NCBI RefSeq assembly: GCF_004010195.1
Contig: NC_057749.1
Location: forward strand, 24,699,697 to 24,758,871
DNA: 59,175 nucleotides
From: Chiloscyllium plagiosum
Lineage: Eukaryota
Direction: 5' to 3'
The notes beneath the pieces are model-generated. The model searched no databases and was not told the origin of the DNA. It worked only from the letters and a program-made list of their open reading frames with translations. Of the stretch, positions 24,295 to 35,950 are shown piece after piece (the stretch's first letter is position 1; each line of letters starts with the position of its first letter). A program made the translations under genes and the position numbers.

Positions 24295-25690
24295 CCCTCA
24301 TCGAATAGGAATCTGTGGGAAGCTCGGGAAGTGATTGCTGGGCCTTTTGCTGAGATATTTGTATCATCGATAGTCACAGGTGAGGTGCTGGAAGACTGGA
24401 GGTTGGCTAACGTGGTGCCACTGTTTTCGAAAGGTAGTAAAGACAAGCCAGGGAACTTATAGACTGGTGAGCCTGATATCGGTGCTGGGCATGTTGTTGG
24501 AGGGAATCCTGAGGAACAGGATTTACATGTATTTGGAAAGGCAAGGGCTGATTAGGAATAGTCAGCGAGGCTTTGTGCATGGGAAATCATATCTCACGAA
24601 CTTGATTAAGTTTGTTGAAGAAGTAACAAAGAGGATTGATGAGGGCAGACTGGCAGACATGATCTATTTGGACTTCAGTAAGGTGTTTGAATAAGACTCA
24701 TGGAAGACTGGTTAGCAAGGTTAGATCTCATGGAATACAGCCATGTGGATACAGAACTGGTTCAAAGGTAGAAGACAAAACGTGATGATGGAGCTTTTCA
24801 GACTGGAGGCCTGTGACCAGTGGTGTGCCACAAGGATTGGTGCTGGGTCCCCTGCTTTTCATCATTTATATAAATGATTTGGTTGTGAACATAGGAGGTA
24901 TAGTTAATAAGTTTGCTGATGACACCAAAATTGGAGACATAGTGGACAGCGAAGAAGGTTACCTCAGAGTACAACACTGAACAAAGAGACCTTGGAGTGC
25001 TGGTTCATACTTCCTTGAAAGTAGAGTCGCATGTAGATAGGATAGTGAAAAAGGCGTTTGGTATGATTTCCTTTATTGGTCGGAGCATTGAGTATAGGAG
25101 CTGGGAGGTCATGTTGCGGCTGTACAGGACATTGGTTCAGCCACTTTTGGAAGATTGTATGCAATTCTGGTCTTCTTCCTATTAGAAGGATGCTGTGAAA
25201 CTTGAAAGGGTTCAGAAAAGATTAACAAGGATGTTGGCAGGGGTGGAGGATTTGAGTTATATGGTGAGACTGACCAGGCTAGGGCTGTTTTCCCTGGAGC
25301 ATCGGAGGCTGAGGGGAGGTGACCTTATAGAGGTTTATAAAATCATGAGGGGCATGGATAGGATAAATAGACAAGGTCCTTTCCCTGGGGTGGGGGAGTC
25401 CAGAACTAGAGGGCATAGGTTTAGGGTGAGAGGGGAAAGATATCAAAGAGAGCTAAGGGGCAACTTTTTCATACAGGGGGTGGGTGCGTGTATGGAATGA
25501 GCTGTCAGAGGAAGTGGTGGAGGCTGGTACAACTGCAATATTTAAAAGGTATCTGGATGGATATATGAATAGGAAGGGTTTGGAGGAATATGGGCCGGGT
25601 GCTGGAAAATAGGTCTAGATTAGGTTGGGATATCTGGTCAGCATGGACAAGTTGGACTGAAGGGTCTGTTTCTGTACTGTACATCACTAA
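24295..25690 (+). pseudogene. CR1/HER1-like LINE ORF2 (RT domain to 3' end), frameshifted and internally deleted
   Basis: EDWRLANVVPLFSKG, YRLVSL.SV, IYLDFSKVF, GVPQG.VLGPLLFIIYINDL, KFADDTK, LYRTLVQPLLE, RTRGHRF and the 3' UTR, all in order. Confidence 0.92.
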
Positions 25691-27268
25691 GTCATGGATA
25701 TAAACAGTAAAAAGCTGAGGCTCCATCATTGATCTTTGCAAGACCTGACTCATCATATCTTGCCAAAATAAAGTGGCTGAGCTTTTGCCAAACACCAATG
25801 TTGACATCAGAGTTACTGGCATCACTTTTGCCTTCAAGTAGGTTAAACATTTCTACCAAGAATTTGGGGACATATTCCAGACTGACATTGAGATGCAGTA
25901 CTGAGGAAGCACTATGCAGTCAGGTCAGATGTTAAACCCGTTGTCCCATTCATAAGGATCTTGTGATACTCTTTGAAAAACAATATCACTCGAAGAACAT
26001 TGATCTCTTAATAAACACCTTCATAAACTTATTATTTGCTCATTTACCCCATTGTGTGCAGGACCTTTTTGTTTCCAAATCGGTTGCTAAGTCCTCTCCC
26101 AAAACAATAGTGACTGCACCTCAGAGGCAGCTGAGTGACTGTGAAATGATTTGGGATGTTTTGAGTGAGGTGAACTACACTAAAAATAAATTTGCTTGTT
26201 TCATCTTGACCCCACAAGGAAACACCGGATGTAAGTTGCAGAGGCCTAGCAAAAAGCAATTTGGCTGCTTTTTCTATCAAACTAGTCAAATCCAGCTAAT
26301 CTTAAGACTTATTTATGTCCTTTCTATTCTAGGTTGCCTCTAAGCAAGGTATTACTGAAACAGAGGAGGTGACAGTGGAGGGAGGGGGTTTAGGATGGGG
26401 AGGATAGTATGGATTAACGTCTATCTAGTTTGGTGGATTTCAGTGAGAGTTTATCCAAAACGATGCTACTATTTCTGTTTGGATAAGATTGTCTTAAAGG
26501 TTATAAAATGGTAATATGACACACAGGAAAAAAAAGAAATAATTGGACTTGGGCAGAGTAAGTGAAAACATTCAGTCAACGGGTCAGATTTGATTTCCAT
26601 AAAAGCCTTGAAGTCCAGTGGACGTCATTGCATTCTCTCACACATTCTGTTTATATCTCCAGCTCATTGCCTACTCATGTAAGTGCCACATGATGGTGCT
26701 GTGAAGTAGCAGAGAATGACGGTGAACATTAAGTAACTGAGAGTCTACGACCAGCAATATGAAAAGGAAAGCAAAGAGATATAGTGCTTCGAGCTAGGAA
26801 GATGGGTGAAATGTGACAAAGTGACAGCTTGAACAAGTAATGCAGTGACTTGATCCTGGTTCAAACCTTACCATCGTACCTGGGCAAGTTAAATTCAACT
26901 TAAATAAAGCTGGATTAAGCACTTATATCCCCAGAGCTACAGGATTTCTGAGACAATCCATCTGGTTGTATATGACTCCAGACTCGTAGCAACACAGTTG
27001 ACTCTTAACTTACCTCTGAACTGGCCTATTGAACCAAGTGGTAACTTAGGGGCAATGGGGCTCAGTTAGCTCAGTTGGTAAGACTGCTAGTTTGTGATGC
27101 AGGCTAATGCCAACACTGCGGGTTAAATTCCCACATCAGCTGAGGTTTCTGTGAAGGACTCAGCTTCTCAACTTCTCCCCTTGTCTGCGTGTGGTGATCT
27201 TCAGGTTAAACTTGAAACTTTATTGCTGGAACAGCACAGCAGGTCAGGCAGCATCCAGGGAACAGGAG

Positions 27269-27304
27269 ATTCGACGTTTCGGGCACAGGCCCTTCCTCAG
27301 GAAT
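27269..27304 (-). ncRNA. Minimal type I hammerhead ribozyme motif (antisense arm)
   Basis: Reverse complement: AUUC-CUGAGGA-A-GGGC(CUGU)GCCC-GAAA-CGUC-GAAU. Confidence 0.75.
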
Positions 27305-27623
27305 GAGCAGAGAGTGTTCAGCAGGAGAAGATAAAAGGTAGGGAGGAGGGACTTGGAGGAGGGGCGTTGGAAATGTGATAGGTGGAAAGAGGTCAAGGTG
27401 AGGGTGATAGGTCGGAGTAGGATGGAGGCGGAGAGGTCAAGAAGAAGACTGCAGGTCAGGAAGGCGGTGCCGGGCTGGAGGGATTCGGCTGAGACAAGGT
27501 GGGGGGAGGGGGGATGAAGAAACTGGTGAAGTCCAAGTTCATCCCCTGCGGTTGGAGGGTTCCCAGTCGGAAGATAAGACGCTCCTCCTCCGACCACAGA
27601 TTCACCTGCACCTCCACCCACAC

Positions 27624-28004
27624 CGCCACAGATTCACCTGCACCTCCACCCACATCATCTACTGCATCCGCTGCAGCCGGTGTGGCCTCCTCTATATTGG
27701 GGAGACAGGCCGCCTACTTGCGGAGCGATTCAGAGAGCACCTCTGGGCCACCCGGACGAACCAACCCAACCAACCTGTAGCACAGCATTTCAACTCCCCC
27801 TCCCACTCCACCGACGGTATGCAGGTCATTGGACTCATCCACCGCCAAACCACAACAACCTGACGGTCGGAGGAGGAGCGTCTTATCTTCCGACTGGGAA
27901 CCCTCCAACCACAGGGGATAAACTTGAACTTCACCAGTTTCTTCATCCCCCCTCCCCCCACCTTGTCTCAGCCGAATCCCTCCAGCCCGGCACCGCCTTC
28001 CTGA
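27624..28004 (+). pseudogene. GIY-YIG (Uri) endonuclease domain of the PLE ORF, with one in-frame TGA
   Basis: RFTCTSTHIIYCIRCSRCGLLYIGETGRLLAERFREH...VAQHF...H...TTTT*RSEEERLIFRLGTLQPQGIN: IY/YIG motifs, CxxC..H..H, conserved R, E and terminal G.N. Confidence 0.9.
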
Positions 28005-28155
28005 CCTGCAGTCTTCTTCTTGACCTCTCCGCGTCCATCCTACTCCGACCTATCACCCTCACCTTGACCTCTTTCCACCTATCACATTTCCAACGCCCCT
28101 CCTCCAAGTCCCTCCTCCCTACCTTTTATCTTCTCCTGCTGAACACTCTCTGCTC

Positions 28156-28191
28156 ATTCCTGAAGAAGGGCCTGTGCCCGAAACGTCGAAT
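28156..28191 (+). ncRNA. Minimal type I hammerhead ribozyme motif
   Basis: AUUC-CUGAAGA-A-GGGC(CUGU)GCCC-GAAA-CGUC/-GAAU. Stem I is AUUC:GAAU, stem II is 4 bp, ACGU is palindromic, and cleavage is predicted after 28187. Confidence 0.78.
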
Positions 28192-28371
28192 CTCCTGTTC
28201 CCTGGATGCTGCCTGACCTGCTGTGCTGTTCCAGCAATAAAGTTTCAACTTTGATCTCCAGCATCTGCAGACCTCACTTTCTCCTCGAAGATCTTCAGGT
28301 TAAACCACCACCAGCCATCTCTACCTAATGAGAGAGCAATCCTGTGGTCCAGTCAGCTTTACTTTATCTTG

Positions 28372-28485
28372 GGGCCCGAAACGTCGATTCTCCTGCTCCT
28401 TGGACACTGCCTGACCTGCTGCGCTTTTCCAGCAACACATTTTCAGCTCTGATCTCCAGCATCTGCAGTCCTCACTTTCTCCTAG
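28372..28485 (+). mobile_element. Solo PLE arm, family A (other solo arms near 23150-23241 minus and 50724-50799 plus)
   Basis: GCCCGAAACGTCGATTCTCCTGCTCC...CTGCAGTCCTCACTTTCTCC. Confidence 0.75.
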
Positions 28486-29146
28486 CAGTTAGTAGAAGGG
28501 CAATAAATGTTGGCCATCACCTGTGGCAGCCATGTCTTGAAATTTTCACATTGAAAATACGAGTTATGACAACTGCAAAAACATCAAGAGAACCCTATAG
28601 CCCTGATTATCTAGATAAATGACTTTGGAACTAATCCTTCCTAACCTTGACCTCCATAATCCCCTCCATGGACCCACATTATTCAACACTGACTCCAAAC
28701 CTCTATATATCTCAACAATGTTAACAATTCTTTCATTTGACTTGCATGTTTCTCCAAAATACCCTCCCTAAAAAAAGTCTTCACCTTCCTATCCTCCAGG
28801 AGAGATCTCCTAATATTCATCAGTTCACCTAATCTTGAGTCAAGGCACAGCCTCCATTTTCCATTTGTCAGACAACTTGGGATCCCTTGTATGTTAAGGA
28901 TGTTATGGATTGTCACTGAGCTATGTAACTGAGCGAGATTCCAAGTTCAGGGTCAATGCTAGGCAGTATTTCATTTAGCAAAGATCCATCAGCTCTTGAT
29001 GTGGTTAAAATCTCAAACTCTGGCGTCATTGGTATGTTTCAAGGATTATTTCTAAACCCACATGTATCCATCTGGTTTAAAACATTAGAGATTTTATTTT
29101 TCACAAATAACAATAACCTGAGGGGAAGTTAAGGCAATATTAAAGC

Positions 29147-29455
29147 GTGACATGGTGGCTCAGTGGTTAGCATTGCTGCCTCATAGCACCAGGACCCTGG
29201 GTTCAATCTCACTCTCAAGTGACCGTTTGTGTGGAGTTTGCACATTCTCCCCGTGTCTGCATGTGTTTCCCCTGGATGCTCCGATTTCCTCCCGCAGTCC
29301 AAGATGTGCAGGTTAGGTGGATTGGTCATGCTACAGAGTCCTGGGATATGAGGTTAGGTGGATTAGCCAGGGAAATGCTGTGTTATGGGAGTCGGTTGCT
29401 CTTTAGAGAGTTGGTGTGGATTCAATGGGCCAAATGGCCTACTGTAGGGATTCAG
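29147..29455 (+). mobile_element. HE1-type SINE
   Basis: Head, central domain and tail motifs. Confidence 0.8.
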
Positions 29456-29609
29456 TCAAAGCAAATAATATCAGATAACCTTAATTATTTTTAAATATAA
29501 TTGCTGGGCAAGTTTCTACGCACGGATTTGAACCACAATGCAATGAATCTTTGAAGTAGTGAAGTCAAACATGTGATCTGCAGCTAGATACCTTTAGTGA
29601 CATGGCAGA

Positions 29610-30050
29610 TATGTGGAAGGAGGCCATTTAGTCGATTATGTGTATACTGCCTGTCCAAATGAGTGTACGACTTAGTGCTATGCTTCTGCCTTTCCCCCAT
29701 CTCCCTACACATGGTTTCTATTCACAGGATCCTCTTAAGTCCTCTTGAATGCTTCAAGCTAACCTGCCTTCACGATATTTCCGGGCAATACATTCCAGAG
29801 CCAAACTATTAAATGTGTGAAAAAAATTTCTCTCACATCACGTTTACTACTTTCGTAAATCACTTTAAATCTGTGTCCTCTCGTTCTTGATCCTTTTACG
29901 AGCGGTAACACTTTCTCCCTACCCAGACTCTTCACGATTCCTATTAAATCTCCTCTGAGCCTTCTCTCCTCCAATGGAAAACAGTCTGAATGTCTCCAGT
30001 CTATCCTCCTAGATGACCTTTCTTATCACAGGAACCATCGTCAGAAACCT
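29610..30050 (-). mobile_element. Older CR1-clade 3' fragment
   Basis: ORF 29759-29974(-) EERRLRGDLIG...GSRTRGHRFKV...WNVLP. Confidence 0.75.
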
Positions 30051-30265
30051 AACATTCGGCTGTTTGAGGGATGATTGGAGGTGAAGGTTAATGATTGGTA
30101 AAATGCCATGACATCTCTTGGTTCACTATTGACTCTGAATATGTGGCCAATATCAATGTCTTCTGTGTAAGGACAATGTCTGATTGTTTTAACACTGGGT
30201 GGTCTCTTGAGGTGATTAGCAGGGTCTCACCTACCAGATATAGAGACAGACAGAATCCTGTGTTG

Positions 30266-30487
30266 AGGAGAAAGTGAGGTCTGCAGATGCTGGAGATCAG
30301 AGATGGAAATGTGTTGCTGGAAAAGCGCAGCAGGTCAGGCAGCATCTAGGGAACAGGAGAATCAACGTTTCGGGCATTAGCCCTTCTTCAGGATTCCTGA
30401 AGAAGGGCTAATGCCCGAAACGTCGATCCTCCTGTTCCCTAGATGCTGCCTGACCTGCTGCGCTTTTCCAGCAACACATTTCCATCC
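30266..30487. mobile_element. Near-perfect palindromic PLE mini-element with back-to-back hammerhead motifs and 15-bp TSD
   Basis: The centre is CCCTTCTTCAGGA-T-TCCTGAAGAAGGG at 30394. TSD CAGAATCCTGT(G/A)TTG at 30251-30265 and 30488-30502. Confidence 0.88.
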
Positions 30488-30874
30488 CAGAATCCTGTAT
30501 TGCCTCCTTTATCATCAAGAAGCAAAGCATTTTTTAAAAACCCTTTTAAACTTTGAGGTAAATGTACTGGAGCTCCATTTTGAAATCTATAAGACCAGTT
30601 GGACTAAAATGTCTCAGTCCATCTTTTTATTGGTTTGTTCCTTCTGAGCAGGCAGTTGAGAGACCAAAATTGGGCCTTTTGCCAAGATCAGGACCCCATT
30701 GTGCAGAGACGTTGCCTACATATTCGTGGGTCATGGACGCCGCTGGCTGGGCCAGCATTTATTGCCCATCTCTAGTTGCCCCTTGGAAAGGTGGTGGTGA
30801 GTTGCCATCTTGAACTTCTGCAGCCCATTTGCTGTAGATAGACTCACAGTGTAGATTAGAATAAAACGAAGATC

Positions 30875-31470
30875 ACGTGGCTCAGTGGTTAGCACTGCTG
30901 CCTCACAACACCAGGGACCCGGGTTCGATCCCAGCTTCAGGTGACTATCTGTGTGGAGTTTGCACATTCTCTCCGTGTCTGCGTGGGTTTCCTCCCACAG
31001 CCCAAAGATGTGCAGGCCAGGTGTATTGGCCATGCTAAGTTGTCCATAGTATTCAGGGATGTGTAGGTTAGGTGCATTAGTCAGGGTTAATAGCGTAGGG
31101 GAATGAGTCTGGGCGGCTTACTCTTCAGAGTGCCGGTTTGGACCTGTTGGCCCGAATGGCCTGTTTCAACATTGTAGGGATCCTATGATATTTCTGTACA
31201 GTGTGGAAGCAGGCCTTTCATACCATCAAGTCCACACAACCCTCTGAAAAGCATCCCACCCAGACCCACCCCATTTCCGTAACCCTGCATTTCCCATAGC
31301 TAATCTGCACATCTTTGTATTGTGGGAGGAAACTGGAGCACCCAGAGGAAACCCACGCAGACACAGGGAGATGTGCAAACTCTACACAGACAGTCACTCC
31401 AGGGTGTAATCAAATCCAGGACCCTGGCACTGTGAGGCAGCAGTGCTAACCACTGAGCCACTGTGCTGCC
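30875..31470. mobile_element. Two HE1-type SINEs tail-to-tail (30875-31190 plus; 31195-31470 minus)
   Basis: tRNA heads at both outer ends, tails meeting near 31190. Confidence 0.82.
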
Positions 31471-32254
31471 ACTCTTGCTTCACTCCAGACCACTCCCAGC
31501 TCCCGGTCAAACGGCACGGCATGATGTTGCTTTTGTTGGAGGTGTTGAGGAGTGGTGCTGAAGTTGGAGTACAGGCTGGTATGGAGAAGGTGGCTAACAG
31601 CTAGGCAAACATTACACGATATAATATGGATTTGATTAATGTTGTTCTGAAAGCAAAAATAACTGATCGAGTGGAATGTCAACGGTGGTCAGCTGCGCTG
31701 GGAGGCGAAGACCATGTTGTCAAAGAGCTAAGTATGGAGTATTTCAATGGGTCACCTCTTAATGAATTGAGATTTGACCTATGTCTGTACGTTTTAATGA
31801 AACAAGCAAAAGGGAATATCTCTATCTCTGTTTTGTGTGTGCCCCCAGAGGTTACTGTGACCAGAGAGCAGCCACAGCAGCTTGTACTGATATAAACACA
31901 CAATCACAGAATTGTTACAGTCCATTCAGCCCACCGTATCTGCACTGGCTCTGCCTCTCTCTGGGCATCATTCACCCACCTTTTCCCGGTAACCTTGAAC
32001 ACTCTGCCTTTTCCAGGAGCTGATTCTCGTCAGCTCTAATGAAGAGCCACCCAAGCTCGAAACGCTAGCTTTCTCTCTCTCCCTGGATATAGTCTGACTC
32101 GCTGTGATTTCTAGCATTTGTTGCTTTCAGCCCATTCTCCCTTTTCTGTATAATTTGAGTGCTTTGATTGAACGTGTCTCCACCACCCTCTCGGTCGATG
32201 TGTTCCAGACCTGAACCATTCTCTGCATGAAATGCCTCTCTTTGTGTTGTTTTG

Positions 32255-32570
32255 ATTAGATTCCCTACAGTCTGGAAACAGACCCTTCGGCCCAACAAGT
32301 CCCCACACCGACCCTCCGAAGAGTAACCCACCCAGACCCATCTCCCCCCGACTAATGCACCTAACATTATGGGCCATTTAGCATGGCCAATTCACCTGAG
32401 CTGCACATCTTTGGACTGTGGGAGGAAACCGGAGCACCCGGAGGAAACCCACGCAGCCACAGGGAGAAGGTGCACACTCTACACAAACAGTCACCCGAGG
32501 CTGGAATTGAACCTGGGACCCTGGTGCTGTGAGACAGCAGTGCTCACCACTGAGCGCACTGTGCCACCCA
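32255..32570 (-). mobile_element. HE1-type SINE
   Basis: Full-length motifs on the minus strand. Confidence 0.85.
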
Positions 32571-35084
32571 GCCCGCTTTGCTTACCAACTGTTTTAATCT
32601 GTGCTCTTCTTCTTTATTCTTTGACTAAATGCCCCGGAATCCTCCTTCCCAAACCCTCACAATTTGAATATCTGTATCGAATTTCCTCACAGCTTCCTTT
32701 TATGTCGTGATCTCGTTAGATTTTCTTAATATGACCCTGTAGAGTGTCAACCCTTCAGGATTGCCCTCAAGTTTCTCGGAATTAATATCTCAAGGAGTTA
32801 TAGAGTCATTATGCACCAAAGGAGGCCATTTGGCCCCTCAGTCCATGTTGGTTCCTTATACAGGTAAATCCAGTTTGTTGTGATCCCAGCTGTTGCTATT
32901 ACTGTACAAGTCAGATCCCAAACAAGTTCCTGGCTTGATAGATCACATTTTGATCTGCTTTGCTTTTAGCAAAATGGTGTCTCATTGAAATGTAAGCTGG
33001 GTGGCAGTGGCTTTGCTTTAATAATAAGAAATTTATCAACAAAACAAAAATTAAGACAAAAATAGAATAATCCAAACTGTGTTTATCTGATTCACTAATG
33101 TCCGTCAGGAAAAGGAAATCTGCCATCTTTCCCTGGTCTGGCCTGCAAGAGAGTCCAGCAATGGGATTGACTCCGAACTGCCCTCTGACCAATTGGGGCG
33201 GGCATTAAATATGACAGCCACAGCCTGTGAACAGAAGAAAACAAAATTTAAATACCCTAGCTGCCTGCTGGGATTTGAACTAATAATAACACTCCATTGT
33301 AGGGCAAGGGCTTGTAAAATACGAACCAGAAAGTGCTGAGAAACGCAGCAAGTTTGAAAGCACGTGGATTGAGAGAAACAGAATGAACATTTCTAGACTA
33401 GTAAAACTCTCCTGCAATGTTCCTCCAGATTTTTAGTCCAGTATAATAGCAACTATGCTTTCAGAAATCCATTCCTTAAGTGAAAGATTTTAAACATCTC
33501 TGAATGTTACAATGGAGTGCGAATTCTTTGCATCTTTCCCCGATAAAACCCTAGAGTCATAGATTCATACAGCACAGAAACAGGCCATTCGGTCCAACCA
33601 GTCCGTGCTGACCATGATCCCAAACTAAACTATTCCCACCTGCCTGCTCCTGGCCCATCCAAACCTCCAAACCTTTCCTATTCATGTACTTAGCTAAATG
33701 TCTTTTAAAAGTTATAACTGTACATGTATGCAACCCATCCTCTGGAAATTCATTCCACACATGAACCACTAGAGTTTTAACCAGGCTTAGTCAGGATGTG
33801 GAATAACTGTATGAACCGCTCATTCTAACTCACTGGGTGTGCTGCCACACTGCAATAATAGATAGCAGAATGGTCAGGGAAGTGTGAAGCAATACAGTTA
33901 GCCCAGAGGNNNNNNNNNNNNNNNNNNNNNNNNNNNNNNNNNNNNNNNNNNNNNNNNNNNNNNNNNNNNNNNNNNNNNNNNNNNNNNNNNNNNNNNNNNN
34001 NNNNNNNNNNNNNNNNNNNNNNNNNNNNNNNNNNNNNNNNNNNNNNNNNNNNNNNNNNNNNNNNNNNNNNNNNNNNNNNNNNNNNNNNNNNNNNNNNNNN
34101 NNNNNNNNNNNNNNNNNNNNNNNNNNNNNNNNNNNNNNNNNNNNNNNNNNNNNNNNNNNNNNNNNNNNNNNNNNNNNNNNNNNNNNNNNNNNNNNNNNNN
34201 NNNNNNNNNNNNNNNNNNNNNNNNNNNNNNNNNNNNNNNNNNNNNNNNNNNNNNNNNNNNNNNNNNNNNNNNNNNNNNNNNNNNNNNNNNNNNNNNNNNN
34301 NNNNNNNNNNNNNNNNNNNNNNNNNNNNNNNNNNNNNNNNNNNNNNNNNNNNNNNNNNNNNNNNNNNNNNNNNNNNNNNNNNNNNNNNNNNNNNNNNNNN
34401 NNNNNNNNNATGCTCACCTCATTAATCATTGAATTAGAATGAAACACATAACAAACAGGCTGTCTTGTGTTGAAATGTTACTCTTTACATTTACAACAGC
34501 TTGGCATTTCAACTTTGACTTGTAGAAATTCCACAAACATGGGGTTGATGGATACCAGACTGTGGCCTGGTGCTCAATTATGAGGGTTCTTTCGAAATTC
34601 CAAATGGATGCGTGGTTACATCATTCCGAAATATTCCTGAGCTGACCTCCCCCCATCACACATGTTTCTTTCTGAGGGTTATCTTTAGTTGTAGATGGGA
34701 ACAATCGACTTACAAATGAATGTGGAAGCATCCCTAGCAAAGCATTAGTCTTTGGGAATTCGAATGATAAATCCCTTCTGGATTGAGGCAAAGGAAGACG
34801 GTTATGGTTGTTGGAGGGCAATCATCTTAACTCCAGGACATCTCTGGAGGAAGTCAGAAATCAGAAGGCACCAGGTTATAGTCCAACAGGTCTATTTGAA
34901 ATCACAAGCTTTCGGAGCGCTGCTCCAGTCCAACATCCCAGTCCAACATCTCCACATCATCTCTGCAGGAATTCCGAGGAAGCCCAAACATATTCAGCAA
35001 CTTCATCAACAACTTTCCCTCTATTTTAAGGTCAAACAATTTACAAGGACATTTCTGGGGTTGAAGAGGCCGAATCGACTGGGG

Positions 35085-35595
35085 GGGAGCATCGGAGGCT
35101 GAGGGGTGACCTTATAGAGGTTTATAAAATCATGAGGGGCATGGATGGGGTGAATAGTCAAGGTCTTTATCACAGGATAAGGGAGTCCAGAACTAAAGGG
35201 TATAGGTTTAAGGTGAGAAGGGAAAGATTTAAAAGGGACCTGAGGGACAACTTCTTCATGCAGTGGTTGGTCCGTGTATGGAACGAGCTGCTAGAGGAAG
35301 TGGTGGAGGCTGGTACAATTACAACACTTAATAGACATCTGGATGGATACATGAATTGGAAGGGTTTAGAGAGGTAAAGGCCAAACGCTGGCAAATAGGG
35401 CTAATTAAGTTAGGAGATCTGGTGGGCATAGATGAGTTGGACCGAAGGGTGTGTTTCTGTGCTGTACATCTCTATGACTCTAAGTGAGGATTTCGCTGAT
35501 GACTGTACAACATTCAGCACCATTCACGATTCCTCAGAGCATGAAGCAGCCCATGTCCAAATGCAGCCAGATCTGTACAATATCCAGGCTTGGAC
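35085..35595 (+). mobile_element. CR1/HER1-like 3' fragment (35085-35482) followed by an RT fragment of another LINE (FADDCTTFSTIHDSS...DLYNIQAW)
   Basis: ORF track 35132-35377 and 35432-35653; FADD catalytic motif. Confidence 0.8.
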
Positions 35596-35746
35596 TTTAA
35601 CCGCACTGGGCTCAAATTGCTACTGCATTTACTTATTTAACAAGAGATACTAAACTAGTTAATTGGTTCCAAAGCTGGTCGACAAGCCTTGGGAATAAAG
35701 GAAAAATATCTTCCCAAATATGATCAGTGGGGAATGGATGCCAGGG

Positions 35747-35950
35747 AGACACTGATGTCTGCAGACCCTGGAGATCAGAGTTGAGAGAGTGTTGCTAGAA
35801 AAGCACAGCAAGTCAGGCAGCATCCGAGGAGCAGGAGAATCAACGTTTTGGGCCACTTCCTGATGAAGGGCTCTGGCCTGAAAAGTCGAATCTCCTGCTT
35901 CTCGGATGCTGTCTGACCTGCTGTCCTTTTCCAGCAGCGCACTCTCAACG
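35747..35950. mobile_element. PLE fold-back element, family A, 13-bp TSD
   Basis: Inverted arms; ATGGAT(G/C)CCAGGG at 35734-35746 and 35951-35963. Confidence 0.8.

Larger units (their letters stand above)
27212..28289 (+). mobile_element. Young 5'-truncated Penelope-like element with inverted terminal repeat and 16-bp TSD
   Basis: Arms 27212-27595 and 27865-28248 are reverse complements (about five mismatches seen). There is a 41-nt 3' tail at 28249-28289 and a TSD GATCTTCAGGTTAAAC at 27196-27211 and 28290-28305. Confidence 0.92.
27055..28370 (+). mobile_element. tRNA-derived SINE (second family) that is the host of the PLE insertion
   Basis: Head GGGGCTCAGTTAGCTCAGTTGG...GGGTTAAATTCCC. The sequence is continuous (...GATCTTCAGGTTAAAC|CACCACCAG...) when 27212-28305 is removed, matching copies at 16365-16550 and 43570-43765. 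Confidence 0.75.

Noticed and set aside
27552..27863. Host GIY-YIG gene or homing endonuclease
   Set aside because: It lies inside a TSD-flanked PLE insertion, has an in-frame stop and lacks a genuine start.
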